Assembly: GCA_026025075.1 (NCBI GenBank)
Contig: JAPEUI010000045.1
Span: forward strand, 62,001-124,103
DNA length: 62,103 nucleotides
DNA from: Vezdaea acicularis
Taxonomy: Eukaryota
Direction of reading: 5' to 3'
This document shows, piece by piece, positions 11,433-22,860 of the stretch; within the stretch, counting starts at the first letter, position 1, and each line of letters opens with the position of its first letter. The notes beneath the pieces were generated by a model. It saw nothing but the letters and a program-made list of their open reading frames with translations. It was not told the origin of the DNA and did no database searches. Both the position numbers and the translations under genes were made by a program.

Positions 11433-13445
11433 ATGGACGGTCTGCCAAATGAGCTTATCTTATATATAGCTACTTGTAAGACTTCAGGCCCCGATCAGAC
11501 TGGATGCAGATACTAAATCTAGCAAGTCTTAAGTCCCATCGACCTCATACATTTACAGTTGGTCTCACATCGGTTTCAGTTGATCTGCCGCGATGAGAAA
11601 CTCTGGAAGATTCTGTGCTTTGAGTCTTCACGTTTCGAAACTCGGAGGCAGAGCCGCCAGCTAATCGATCCTAATTCTGAGGCCGCGCTGCTAGCCTGTG
11701 ACCATACTCGTAGCAGACCTCTGGAAGCGGTGACACGCTATATTCAAGCCCCAGAAGGAGAAACACAATCGTATAAGAATGTTTCTGATGAGAGGATTAG
11801 AGCAATAGCCAATTGGGATCCGTCATATCCGGATGAAGAGGTCAACTGGTATCAGGAATACATCCATCGGCATGGTCCCGTATCCCTCAGCTGGCTGGAA
11901 CAGCCGATTGACGGCGCATATAACAGCCGCCACAGAAGAGAGCTCTGTGGTATGGCCATACTTGATGTCCTCCCCATGAAGAGACAACTGGTTGTAGCTC
12001 CATTGGACGATGGCAGCCTTTGTCTCTGGAACGTTGATGAACCTTCTTGGGATCGAGGCGACCTTTCAGATGTCTTTACGGATAAAAGAGGTGGTAAAAT
12101 AATCTCACGTAGTAGACCGGGCTTGCTTTCTGTGAACGGCTCTGACTCCATGATGAATCTAGATGTAACTCAGATACGGGCTAAGATGATGGGGACCGGT
12201 GTTGCGGAATGCGTAAGCGTTGACTCCGCGCAGAAGAAAGCGTACATAGCGGTCCAAAGTGGACTGAATGAAGTGGACCTTTCGACGATGCAAGTCGTCT
12301 CGCATGAACGATTTCCTTTCTCTATAGCTGCCGTCTCGGAAGCTAATAGCCCTATTCCAATTACTGTTGCGACAAACTTGAGTCTTCACCTTTACGATCC
12401 CCGGACAGCGCGCCTATCCACTGCATCTGACAAATCGTCGGATGTCACCACTCATTGCGAGATCTGTGAAGTGAGCGAACGTCATCGTGGCCTCCAGTAC
12501 ATACTCTCAGAAGGCGCAAGTCCTGCCTACGCTTCCCTCTTTCAGCCAGGCCCTTGCTCCATCCTACATGTCGCAAGACATGATGGGAATTGGGATAGTA
12601 ACGGAGAGATCTATGTTGCTGGCCGATTTTCGAACATTCTCAATTACGACCGTCGCGCATTCCCTAAGATGCGTGGAGCAATACACTCCGGAGCGCGACT
12701 GAGTAGTTTAACTAGTGTGCAACATGCGTTTGCCGCCTTGGAGAGAGAGGCTATGTACGAGAATAAACTTCCCATATCAGCGGCGTATGCAGCAAAGCAG
12801 ATCCCTGGATATACTTTAGTTGCAGGCGGAGAATACAATGGAAAGGGTTCCTTAGAGATGTACGGCATCTCTCCTATTCCCGAGTACACGACAAACTCCT
12901 CAAGCTCGGGAGCTGGTAAAAACCAACACTCGGTATACAAGAACCGACAATCGGCCTCAAGGTCGAAGCTTCTTTCCGTCGTGGGCCATGGCACTCGTCT
13001 CGTCACTTCTGATGGTGATGGAAACATCAAGTGGGTAGAGCGAGATGGAGTAAGCGAGGTCCGCTCTGTGAATATCAATGCTGCACAGGGATCTGAAGAG
13101 CAAACAAGCTTATGGTCTGGGGTTACTGATACGCGCTCGCAAGGGATTTCAGACCATGGCCCCGGCGATGTTGCGAGGAAGCTCTTACCGCTGAGGAGAA
13201 GTGGGCCAGGGGAGGATGAAATGATTAAAGACGACTTATTACTATGGACGGGCGAACGAGTGGCCGTGCTGTCTTTTACTACCGAGCCAATCTTTGAGAT
13301 TGAAGCTCGAGAGGACAAATACTTGAGCCTGGAAGAAGCAGCAGAAAGGAAGAGAGAGGACCAGTACGGAGGTATGATGAGGCGAGCATTAAAGCAACAA
13401 GCAGATGAAGTGAGGTTCATGCAAGGGCTGGGTCTCAGGGGGTAA
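11433..13445 (+). CDS. F-box domain protein with a probable beta-propeller C-terminal region, 2 exons
   Basis: Spliced N-terminus MDGLPNELILYIATFLSPIDLIHLQLVSHRF...RDEKLWK is an F-box. It continues into the 628-aa ORF with WD-like DDGSLCLWN and SDGDGNIKW. Confidence 0.85.
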
Positions 13446-13739
13446 CTTTGGTCCAGACCTCGGATATCCAACCCAAAGCACATAAGCTTAGATTATCTAC
13501 ATCTTCCCCCAGCAAAAGGGACTCTCATGTCAAATAAGCATCTTCCCAAAAAATAAGGGATGGAGCATGAAACAAATTCACGTTCAAGGACCTGGCGGAA
13601 TCTTATTGCCTTGATTCCACTTCAGAAGACGAGCCTCTCTTCTGTAAACGCGAATGCCTTGGTGGGGAACTGGATTTCGCTCCTTAGAGAAACCCTTATC
13701 TAGAAAATAAGAGTTCTCACATGTTCAAAAACCTGCATT

Positions 13740-14870
13740 TCAATAAATGGCGATCTCCCATGTAATGAATGCCGGCGCAAGAAATTTGAGAATATCCACG
13801 AAGTTCTCTCTGTTCAAGCGGGGGGTCTCGTGCAAAGAATTCATGTTCGGAGACGTGGATTCACCCTTAGAACTAACTGCAATACAGCGCTGCATCGTCC
13901 TGTCTAACCTACATCGCCGAATCACCGAAAGTATCGACCACATCAATTTCCACCGGACGCGTGAACCTAGGTGAGCTCAAGAGACGCAGAGCTGGGAAGG
14001 AGCCTTCGACGATCCTAGCTGTAAAAAGAATGTCGAGACTGACTCCTCTTCCTCTTCCTCTTTTATTTTCTCACCACAGAAGCTCGCCGCACGAGCTAGC
14101 ATGAAACCTTCGAGGGAAAGCCAATCCTTGGTCTGTTCTAGGCATGGACCTTACGAGGACCAATGTTATTCCCAGAGGCCTTCGAGACGCTCCTCGAAAG
14201 CTGGGATTGGCCGGTAGTGGAGCGCGAGGAGAGGTATTGGGACGTAGTCTGACTGCATTTGGTCAGGACTAAATAGCGTATGTGTACTGGTTCCTGCAGA
14301 ACGGGCTTGCTGTGGCGTTGAATGCTCAGGTTCACCTCTGCTAAGAGCAGGTGAGGGGAATTCATCCACGATGATTGGTTCTTCAGCGGTTCCAGGTCCT
14401 TGCCGACGTTCGATATCCTCAGGACCATCCTTGACTGAGGGTACTAGTGAAGATGATGGGAGTCTGAAGATAGAACATCCAGATGGTGCTTTCTCAATCA
14501 TCGGAAGACTATATAGTCATCAGAATCTCATGAAATGAGTACCTCCCCGTTGTTTCATTGGTCAGTCATCAAACGGGCTACCGCCCGTTTACTCCACAGC
14601 ACCTCACTAAATGGAAGTTTTCTCTCTTCCTCTATTAAACGAAACGAATTTGACCATACCAAGACTAGGGCATTTTCCACAATTGTGGCAAATGGACGGG
14701 TATGCGGAATTTTCTCCGGAATGCATGCGAGATGGCTCAACCGTTTGCAGTATGCATGCAGTTTGATCCTGCCTGTTGGCGTGGAGGCTTGGCGTGCATC
14801 GCACGTCCCCGCTCGCGTGTTGGACGAGGTGGGGAATGGCAGGAGCACCCATATAGGCCGGCATACATCA
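13740..14870 (-). pseudogene. Degraded gene relic, possibly PHD-finger-containing
   Basis: One frame runs 14501 to 13740 with three in-frame stops. Upstream Cys/His pattern CDAR...YCKRLSHLAC...(frameshift)ICHNC. Confidence 0.3.
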
Positions 14871-15066
14871 TATCATGACTTGGGCAAGATTTTATAAATT
14901 TGTAAGTTAAGTAGGCGGTATCCTTTACACTAAATAGAAATGGGGGAACTGGATTCTTGTATCAATTCGGTTGTTCAACGTCATGCTTTTTCTTTGGGAG
15001 TGTTTGGGCGAGTGGGGGGATCCCAACATGCCTCCCCCTCCCCTCAGCCTGTCCCATTGTACACAT

Positions 15067-15877
15067 CTATCGAACGGCCAAAGTCAATGGACGACCGCTC
15101 CAGCTATCAATAGCCTTGCCAAAGATATCATCAAGGGAGTCTTTGTGTTTCGCCAAGTCTTTACCGACGTCGGGGCAGACGTTGATGGTCTCGAAGGAGA
15201 TGGTCTGTTCAGAGACATCTGCGTTAGCCCCCACCGGATCTAGAGTACAGACGTCAAGGCTGAAAGGCTCACATCGATGATGGATTCAAGTTGACGAAGG
15301 ACGAGAGCTAGGCGAGGCCCTGGGTATCAAAACTTAGCATACTCCCGCAGGTTCCTGTTGGGGTCAAAACCGACCAACGAGAGGGTTCAGGGCTGGGACC
15401 AAGCTGGCTTTCGAGTTGATAATGGTGATCAATGAATGGTGGTTCTCTGTGACCTGATAGGATTAGCCAAAGAGAGCTGAAGATACGGAGGTCCCGAGCT
15501 TACTTCTTTGACAGCCTTTAGGATGAGATCTTGATCCGCCTTAGATGTGAAGGTTGTCATTCCCCGACAGCTATCATAAGGTTTTTAGCACATCGACAGA
15601 AGATTTATCAATAGAGAGGGTATTATTTCGCCAACCTTCCCAAGTTTGAGTACACTGTTGAAGTCATGTCGGAAAGTCGATCAATGACCTTTGGCAGAGG
15701 ACCCTGGCCTGCAACAGCCATAGCTACGCTGACGACGTTGATCCGGTTTGCAGGGCCGTGACATTGTGCAGATTGCTGGGTGAACTAGAGGCCCAATCAG
15801 AAGACGCATTGAGAATACAATCTTTTGATACATACCACATTGATTAGATCTACGAGCTCTTGGGAGGTGACTGCCAT
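15067..15877 (-). CDS. UVI-1-like small protein, paralog A (6 exons, no signal peptide)
   Basis: Five GT-AG introns give MAVTSQELVDLINV|FTQQSAQCHGPANRINVVSVAMAVAGQGPLP...|VTENHHSLITIINSKASLVPALNPLVG|PRLALVLRQLESIID|TISFETINV...WSGRPLTLAVR*. Co-linear with paralog B; TATA at ~15970. Confidence 0.85.
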
Positions 15878-18804
15878 GTTGAAAGCGAGACTCTAATGTT
15901 GATTGAGATATGAGGATAGATGGAACGATTTTAGCTGTGATGTCGTGCTTAGTTTGTGGATTTCCGCTTTATAGACTCTGCTGACTAGCAGTAGCCCAGC
16001 ATATGAGATTCTTCTAGCCCACGTACGAGCTCCGGATAGTGCTTCCATCCACTGCCGCCCCAATTTCTGCTTCAAAATCTAAGTGGCCATACCCGGACCT
16101 TTCGCGCAGATCTCCTACGATCCAGACCCAACCAAGCAACCAAGCATTCTGCAATGGATCCCCCTTACGTGCAGGTGGGGTAAGACACGAAGCTAATGAT
16201 AATGAATGTTTGGACCAATCTGAAGGATGGCTTTTATCGTGAAGTTCTCCTCTGCTGCCAGCTCGGCTCGGGCGTTCTTCCGATCCTAGCAAGCTTGGAT
16301 CCCCGCTCAAGGGCTTGCATTCCCATAGCAGTTACTGCTTCTGACTAGCATACAGGGGTTGCTGTCAAGTTTTAAATGAAGCAACTTCCATATGAATGCT
16401 CCATATGGATTGGATAGAGGGGTAGAGCTGAGAAACCTCAAGCTGCGGAACAATGCAAGACCAAAACTCAATTGACGAAGCACAGCAGAGGCTGCATGAG
16501 CGAGACAATCCTCGAGTAACATTGCGCAATAACCCAAGTAGACGGCAGACAGAGAGGGTGTACGGTGACGGGCTCTGCTGAGCTCACAAGCTCTAAAAAG
16601 CATTTTGATTTGGTCCGGTCAGATTCAAGCGAGGTCGTACATTGATAGATCCGCCCAGGTGCGTGATCGTGATCAGCAATTAATTGTTTTGGGTTCCGAA
16701 AATCCGAGCAGAGACTTGAGATTGGCTAAGGAAAGCCACCAAGCTGCGACATGCCATTCATGGCTGTTGCTCGTCAATGCCATGCTAGTGCCGCACATAG
16801 CCATCCGGAGCAGTAGAGTAGAGCTCTGACAAGGGACAGTCCACGTCGAATATGCGTGCAGACAGTGAGTTTCTATCAGCATTTTCTTCTTACGTGCACT
16901 CTAACATCGTGTCTTCTCAACCCATGGTTCGAGGCTGATGATGCTTCTCTCCTGTGAAGAGTTTCGTCGTCTGGCACGGCCAACGGGGGCGTAGGAAGCT
17001 CTTCCTTGCTGGACTAGCGAGGGAGAGCAGCTCATGGAGGTGGCACGTTCCTCTGGATAATCCGAGCTGCGTCCGCTGTATTTGGAAACATACCCTGGCT
17101 TATGATGCGAAGAGCGCAATGGCGGTGTCACTATTGAGTTGCTTTTCGACGCCTTTGATCGCAAATCGATCCAATAACAGGAGGGTTTCCAGGGACCCAT
17201 GGCTCGATGATGGCCCGTCCCGCAGCGTGCTGGGGTGCTATGGTCGCTGAAATTGGTGGGGTCTCGGTGCGCTGGCTGATGATCGACTCCAGGCTCCTCT
17301 GTGATGGCGCTACGCTAATGGTATTCCCAGCAAGTGGTACGATGCCGCCATATCACTGTTGGGTAACGTAGATGTCCTTCTGTTAGTTCTCTGCTTCTGG
17401 ATAGAAAGACTTTGGGCTATGACGCTTTAGAGCTGACATATATGGATATGTCACTCTGAGTCCCGTAAAGTCCCGTTCAATAGGGAAGGAGATGTCGCAG
17501 GCCCGACCCAGCACGACAAGCTGGATGCAGCTTGCCGCTCTGCCGCCGGGAGAGGCAGATCCCGGAGCTGGGGAACCTAGAAAAGCTCTCGAGACACACG
17601 TGACGGATCAGGCTAGATAATCAGCAGCGAATCGGAGGGGAATGGTGGTACATGAGGCAAAAGCTGGCTGATATAATTTGCCGAATGAAGGGGCGAATCG
17701 CCATGGTGGTTCGTCCACCGCCCTGCAGCTCGGCGCGCTAACTTCCCCGCTTCGCGACCAGGGCCTTCGGATCTGGATCGACGCCGCTAGCTGGTAGTTT
17801 GGCAGCGATGTCGGAAGACGACCCGAACTTCTTGACCCGGGAGCACTGGTACCTTTGCGAAACGTAGGACAACGCTTCAAAGGAGGGTTGAAGGCGACTG
17901 CTTGAATTGGTCGTTATCACCATGCACAGGACTAATACCCCAATTAGGCGTTGTCAGATCATACTAAGACGGTTTAGAGCCACTTGATCAGCTTGAGCGA
18001 CTTATCATTTCCATCAAGATCGGCTTGAAGAACGCATCTGGATGCCCTTCTAGTCACCGCCCCACTTCAAGATATTGGCGCGTATGCATCCTTCGCTCCC
18101 ACGAGGGAGGAGGCTGTTTTCGTACTGTTCAAGGGAGCTGCATATCCTGGCAGAAGCACACTGCTTCGCTAGTCACTGGTCCAACCACCCCATTGTTACG
18201 ATACTTCTGATGGTGTAGCTTTCGATCACATCATGGAGAGCTTTCTACGCACCATCCTCATTTCTGCATGATCCAACTCGAGACTAATTTGCCCCCGAAT
18301 GAAGGACCTACAATCTCTCCAATCAACGTCCGTGCCGAGAGCGGACGGGCCTATCAAGCGCTCACAAGATGCGAAGCTTTACGAATATAGCGTGAGTTAC
18401 TGCAGATGCATATCTCGAGCGGGGCGATGAAGAGGCGGCTAGGAAATGAGTGGATCTTGTTGGTCAATGGCATGATTGTTCCCGCTCTGTCTTGCACGCT
18501 ACTCGCATGCACGATATAATTGGAGACACTCGATCATGCAGCACGGCTCTCATCAGATCCAGATCATACCAAGAGCTCGGCACGGATCAATCGACCTACG
18601 GACTAGGGAAACCTTGTCCAACGGCATGGTAACTATCGAGACGGAACTTTGATCCTAGATTTCTTTGGACGGCGTCTATAAATTCAGCCCCTCTAGACGG
18701 TCTTTTTCATCTGTGATTTTGGATTATTCGATTACAGTAAATACAGCCTCGCACATATCTAATCTTTCTCAAAGCTTTCTCAACTACTCAACACTATCAT
18801 CAAC

Positions 18805-19577
18805 ATGCCTGGTTTAGCTGCACCTGATGTGGTCTCCGCTATTGACGTGGTATGCTTACCACCCCAATCACTACCAGCCCACTCACCGGCCTGACCCGAA
18901 CATAGGTCACCGCCAAGTCACAGAGCGCCCAGGGCCCGGCCAACCAGATCAATATTATCAACATTGCTCTCGCTGTCACAGGCCAAGGACCAATTCCAGT
19001 ATTTAGAAGAGATTCTCCGGAATGTGCAATTTTGACAGTTTGTAGAATGTTATTGCCAGACTCAGTGATATCATCACTACTGTCACCACCACGATCACCG
19101 CTTTGGCAGGTACCAGCCCATTCACCGTCAAGTCCGACGAGGATGCCATCGTAAAGTCTCTCACCACCGTAAGCTTCCTCTTTCTATACACAGATATTCA
19201 AGCTAAAAGCAGTCAATAGTTTGTACAAGTACATCAAGTAATTGCCGAGTCTGCAAGCTCCACGTTGCCATTTCCTACTAACGCTATGCTCAGGCATTGC
19301 TTAACATCCTCATCGGAAAGGCCGGTTTGGTCCCTAACTTGCTCCCCTTTGTTGGTATGTAATTACGGGTAAGCCGCATTCTGCTAGCTAATAATGGTTT
19401 CAAGGACCCCCCCTTGCTGCAGTCCTCCGCCAACTCGAGTCTGTTGTTGATACCATCGCATTTGAGATCATTGACCTCGTCCCGGACAACGGTGCCGATG
19501 CTACCAAGCAGAAGGACTCTCTCGATGTCACTCTTCAGGCCTCCATTGACGCCTGGAATGGAGGGGTCACCATCTAG
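18805..19577 (+). CDS. UVI-1-like small protein, paralog B (6 exons: 18805-18849, 18906-18998, 19046-19168, 19220-19237, 19294-19354, 19405-19577; 170 aa)
   Basis: Spliced product contains TAKSQ..GQGPIP, FVQVHQALLNILIGKAGL and GPPLAAVLRQLESVVDTIAF, motifs I recall from the fungal UVI-1 family. TATAAA at ~18677. Confidence 0.88.
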
Positions 19578-20059
19578 GGAGGAGGAACTCCGTGGCGGGG
19601 AGTTGCGAACAGGAGACAAGGGACTCAATGCAAACCTGTCAAGCGCAATAGTAACTCCAGAGCCTGCTCACTTGTAAAGTACCTGCCAATAGTATACCAC
19701 AGTCTCTACAAATAATACAAAATGTGCTCTGAAATGGTGTCCAGACCTCATAATATGCAATACGATTGACTGTGAGGCCTGTGCGAAATAGCGAAGGTTA
19801 AAGTCTTGCTGTTCTGCAGCCTCGAATTGGAAGTGCACTCTCAAGTGCATTGCTTAGAGTGCTCTGTCCTAGAGTACTTTGTCCGAAAGAGTGTCAAGAC
19901 AAGAGTGCCATGCCTTGAAGACCCTTTTCACGGATTCTCCAGGCAACAATCATCCGCTGAGCAAGCCAACACGTATAAGCACACTAAGAGAACAGGAGAG
20001 GAGCGAAGCGTCAAGTCCGTACGGAAAAGGGGTGGCAGGCTGTCGTCCTCCACGAAGGA

Positions 20060-21450
20060 CGAGTTTCGTTACGATTTTACTGACGCGATGCTCCAGATTA
20101 GGATCGACACGCTTGACCCATCTGAAATACTTCCCGAGTACTCTTCCTGTTGAGTCAACGAAACATCGATCCAACTACCAATTCCAGCCCTGTGTTGACA
20201 ACAAAGGCGAAGGATGAGGGCTTCGTTCGCTATCCCTAAGAGATGAAGACCCAACCAACAATTCACCCCACTTCGAAGCAAGTGTGACGATAGGGTAGTC
20301 TGAATCAACAACGCTCCAAATCAGCTGTATGTTTCTCCCACTACGAACAATGCAACTGTTCTCTAGAAACCTCTCCTTTACAACTGGTTAACAGAGTGGA
20401 TGCTAAGATAAGGGATATAATCCATTATCTATGGACGCAAACCAAGAATGGCTGTTCCCTCGGTCGTAAGAGTCACCCTGCTCTAATTGGCTTCATCGCA
20501 TCACCCTTCTTGAAGCAATGGATTTCTGCAAAGCGAAACACAAGTCGTCCGCCACAGACGCGAATGATAGCGTGGTGGCAGAGGTCAGCTTTGCAAATAA
20601 ACAAGCCTGACGTTCACCGGAACATGTTGCCTGGGCCCTACTCAAGACACACAAATCCTTGTCAGGGGCAGATGAGGCAGGAGATGGGAGGACAAGAAGC
20701 TCCTTCGTTTTATAACAGGGAAGAGAACGTAGAGTCTGTGGCATTGAGCTTTGGCGTCGTGTATCTACAGCTAAGGACGAGCGTGTCCCGGAAACAGTAC
20801 AGGGCCATAGATAAAGAACGGACGCTAGGATACGATAGAAACCGGATATGCAACGATTAAGTTGGTCGTGCCGCTCGTAACAATCTCTCATAGATGACTA
20901 GACTCATGCCTTTTTTCTTGAAGGTGCTCAGCTAGACCACGAACGGGTGAAGCCCGAGCCCTGATCCTTCTCAATGATTCAGCAGAATCCTGCTGCGACT
21001 ACAGATGCTATTATACCGAGCATTATGACAGAACAGAGAAACCATCTGCTAGATGCTCAATCAGTCACGACGAGAGCGCAATTCCAACAAGCTATACGCT
21101 CAAGGCTGGACAATTGGCGAATCACACCGTTATCCGGATGGCAACAGTGTGTGCTTACGGTAGAGCTCCTACAATTGCGAGGGATCACCGACGTAGATGC
21201 TTAAGCTTGAGTTCGGGTGGTGAAAAGCTTTCTCAAAGCTCAGGTAGTACGGCTTACAACTCCATCTCTACAATGGCAGAGGCACCTGCTATCTCCAGTC
21301 ATAAGCGGAATCATCTCATACGGTGCTATTCTGCCTAAATGGGCTATCCTCACTTTGCTGGTGCCTTTTTTTGAAGCGGGCCTGGGGCTCCGTAGAAATC
21401 TCTACAGAGAACAAATATGATGGTTGATTCATGTTTTGTATCCCGCAATA
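20060..21450 (+). pseudogene. Possible HET-domain (het-6-like) gene relic
   Basis: Fragments in several frames follow HET-protein order: EFRYDFTDAMLQIRI..LDP; V*INN; ITLLEAM..ATDANDSV; RSPEHVAWALLKTHKSL; MVDSCFV. Confidence 0.3.
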
Positions 21451-22004
21451 TTCACTGGCCGTCTGACGCATATCTTTCGTACGTCAGGCGACAGGAGAAC
21501 TCATCATTTCCTTGAAGGGTGGCATTGCATTCGCGCTAGAAGTTGAACGTGCTTGGCTCTACTGTTCTACACTTCAGGCACAATACGGGGGCTCTCTAGG
21601 TATAATAGGTATACTAGGGTCCTTCTCCTACTGCAAAAGATGAGAAACTAGGCCGGTTTTTGGGTTTTTTGCGCCGCCATTGCCTGTAGCTGCACACTCA
21701 GCCAGCTCTATGCCTGGACAAGATACAAGGATAAGTGGTAGATATACATGGTACCACGGTACAACTCATCAAGCTAAACAGAAGGGTACAAAAGACGGCT
21801 GAGCCAAAACTACGGATGACTACTACAGATGGGCTCAAGCTCAAAGGCGGCATGCCCTAGCTACGGGCTTTGAGGGCCGCGGGAAATGGCAAATGTATTA
21901 CAACTATTGTGAAGGAGGCCGCAAGCACTGCCCGCTGACAGGGAAACCAGCTACACACATGCGTTCGGGTAAAGGAGGCGCATAAGACGCTTTTGACCTC
22001 TATT

Positions 22005-22551
22005 GCAGTTGCGAAGCCGCTGAGCTCGCGGTTACGGGGCTCGCCTCTATAGACGAGCCTGACTAAGTGGTACATACATGGTCCCCCCCTAACGTTCTTG
22101 CCCCCAAGAACCTCAGCTCACTTATAACTCACTTATAACTCACTTATAACTCACACTTAGCTCAGTTTCGATTCACTTTGACCTCATTTAACGACTTTGG
22201 ATGCCCAGAGCATATCCAGCTCGCCCTCGAGCGACTCAACCCAGCCCAACGACGCCCCCGGAACCCTCTCGCTCGGGCTGGGTCGAGTCGCTCGAGTCGC
22301 TTGAGGGCGAGCTGGGGACGCTTTGGGCATCCATAGTCGTTTAAATGAGGTCAAAGTGAGCTAGAAGTGAGGTGAAACTGAGTCATAAGTGAGTTATAAC
22401 TGAGTCATAAGTGAGTTATTAGTGAGTTATAAGTGAGCTGAGGTTCTTGGGGGCAAGAACGTTAGGGGGGGGGACTATGTACGTACCACTTAGTCAGGCT
22501 CGTCTATAGAGGCGAGCCCCGTAACCGCGAGCTCAGCAGCTTCGTAACTAC
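22005..22551. mobile_element. Non-autonomous foldback/MITE-like element: near-perfect ~550-bp palindrome with internal 11-bp tandem repeats
   Basis: 22005-22250 is the approximate reverse complement of 22270-22551 (e.g. GAGCTCGCGGTTACGGGGCTCGCCTCTATAGACGAGCCTGACTAAGTGGTAC). (CTCACTTATAA)x3 subrepeats; no coding capacity. Confidence 0.8.
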
Positions 22552-22860
22552 GCTATTCAATATTATAAACGCGTTCAAGTTGGAAGCTTGAGGTAATTGG
22601 CATTTAAGAGTGGCAAATTTCTCATTAGCTATCGACAATGCAAAAACTTTGGCCCGCCACTTTTATGATAGCTATTAAAAATTAGACCTTATCCTTGATG
22701 AGTTAACACGTATCGTCAAGGTCCGACCCAAGGTATATAGTAATGAGACTCCGTCTTCCAATGCAGCCCAACCCCCTAAATGATATCCACGCTATGCAGG
22801 CTAATACCATCGCCTCTCCTACATCTCAAGTGAAAAGCCATCTTTTGATGCCACGTTCTC

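Noticed and set aside
12644..13483. 279-aa minus-strand ORF (likewise 23711-24358 and 48539-49117)
   Set aside because: Antisense shadows of well-supported genes.
15900..18700. Short ORFs between the UVI-1-like genes
   Set aside because: No recognisable motifs or consistent splice model; may hide relics but cannot be supported.
21560..22000. TA-rich stretch left of the foldback as a RIP-degraded transposase
   Set aside because: Suggestive composition only; no transposase or RT motif could be read.
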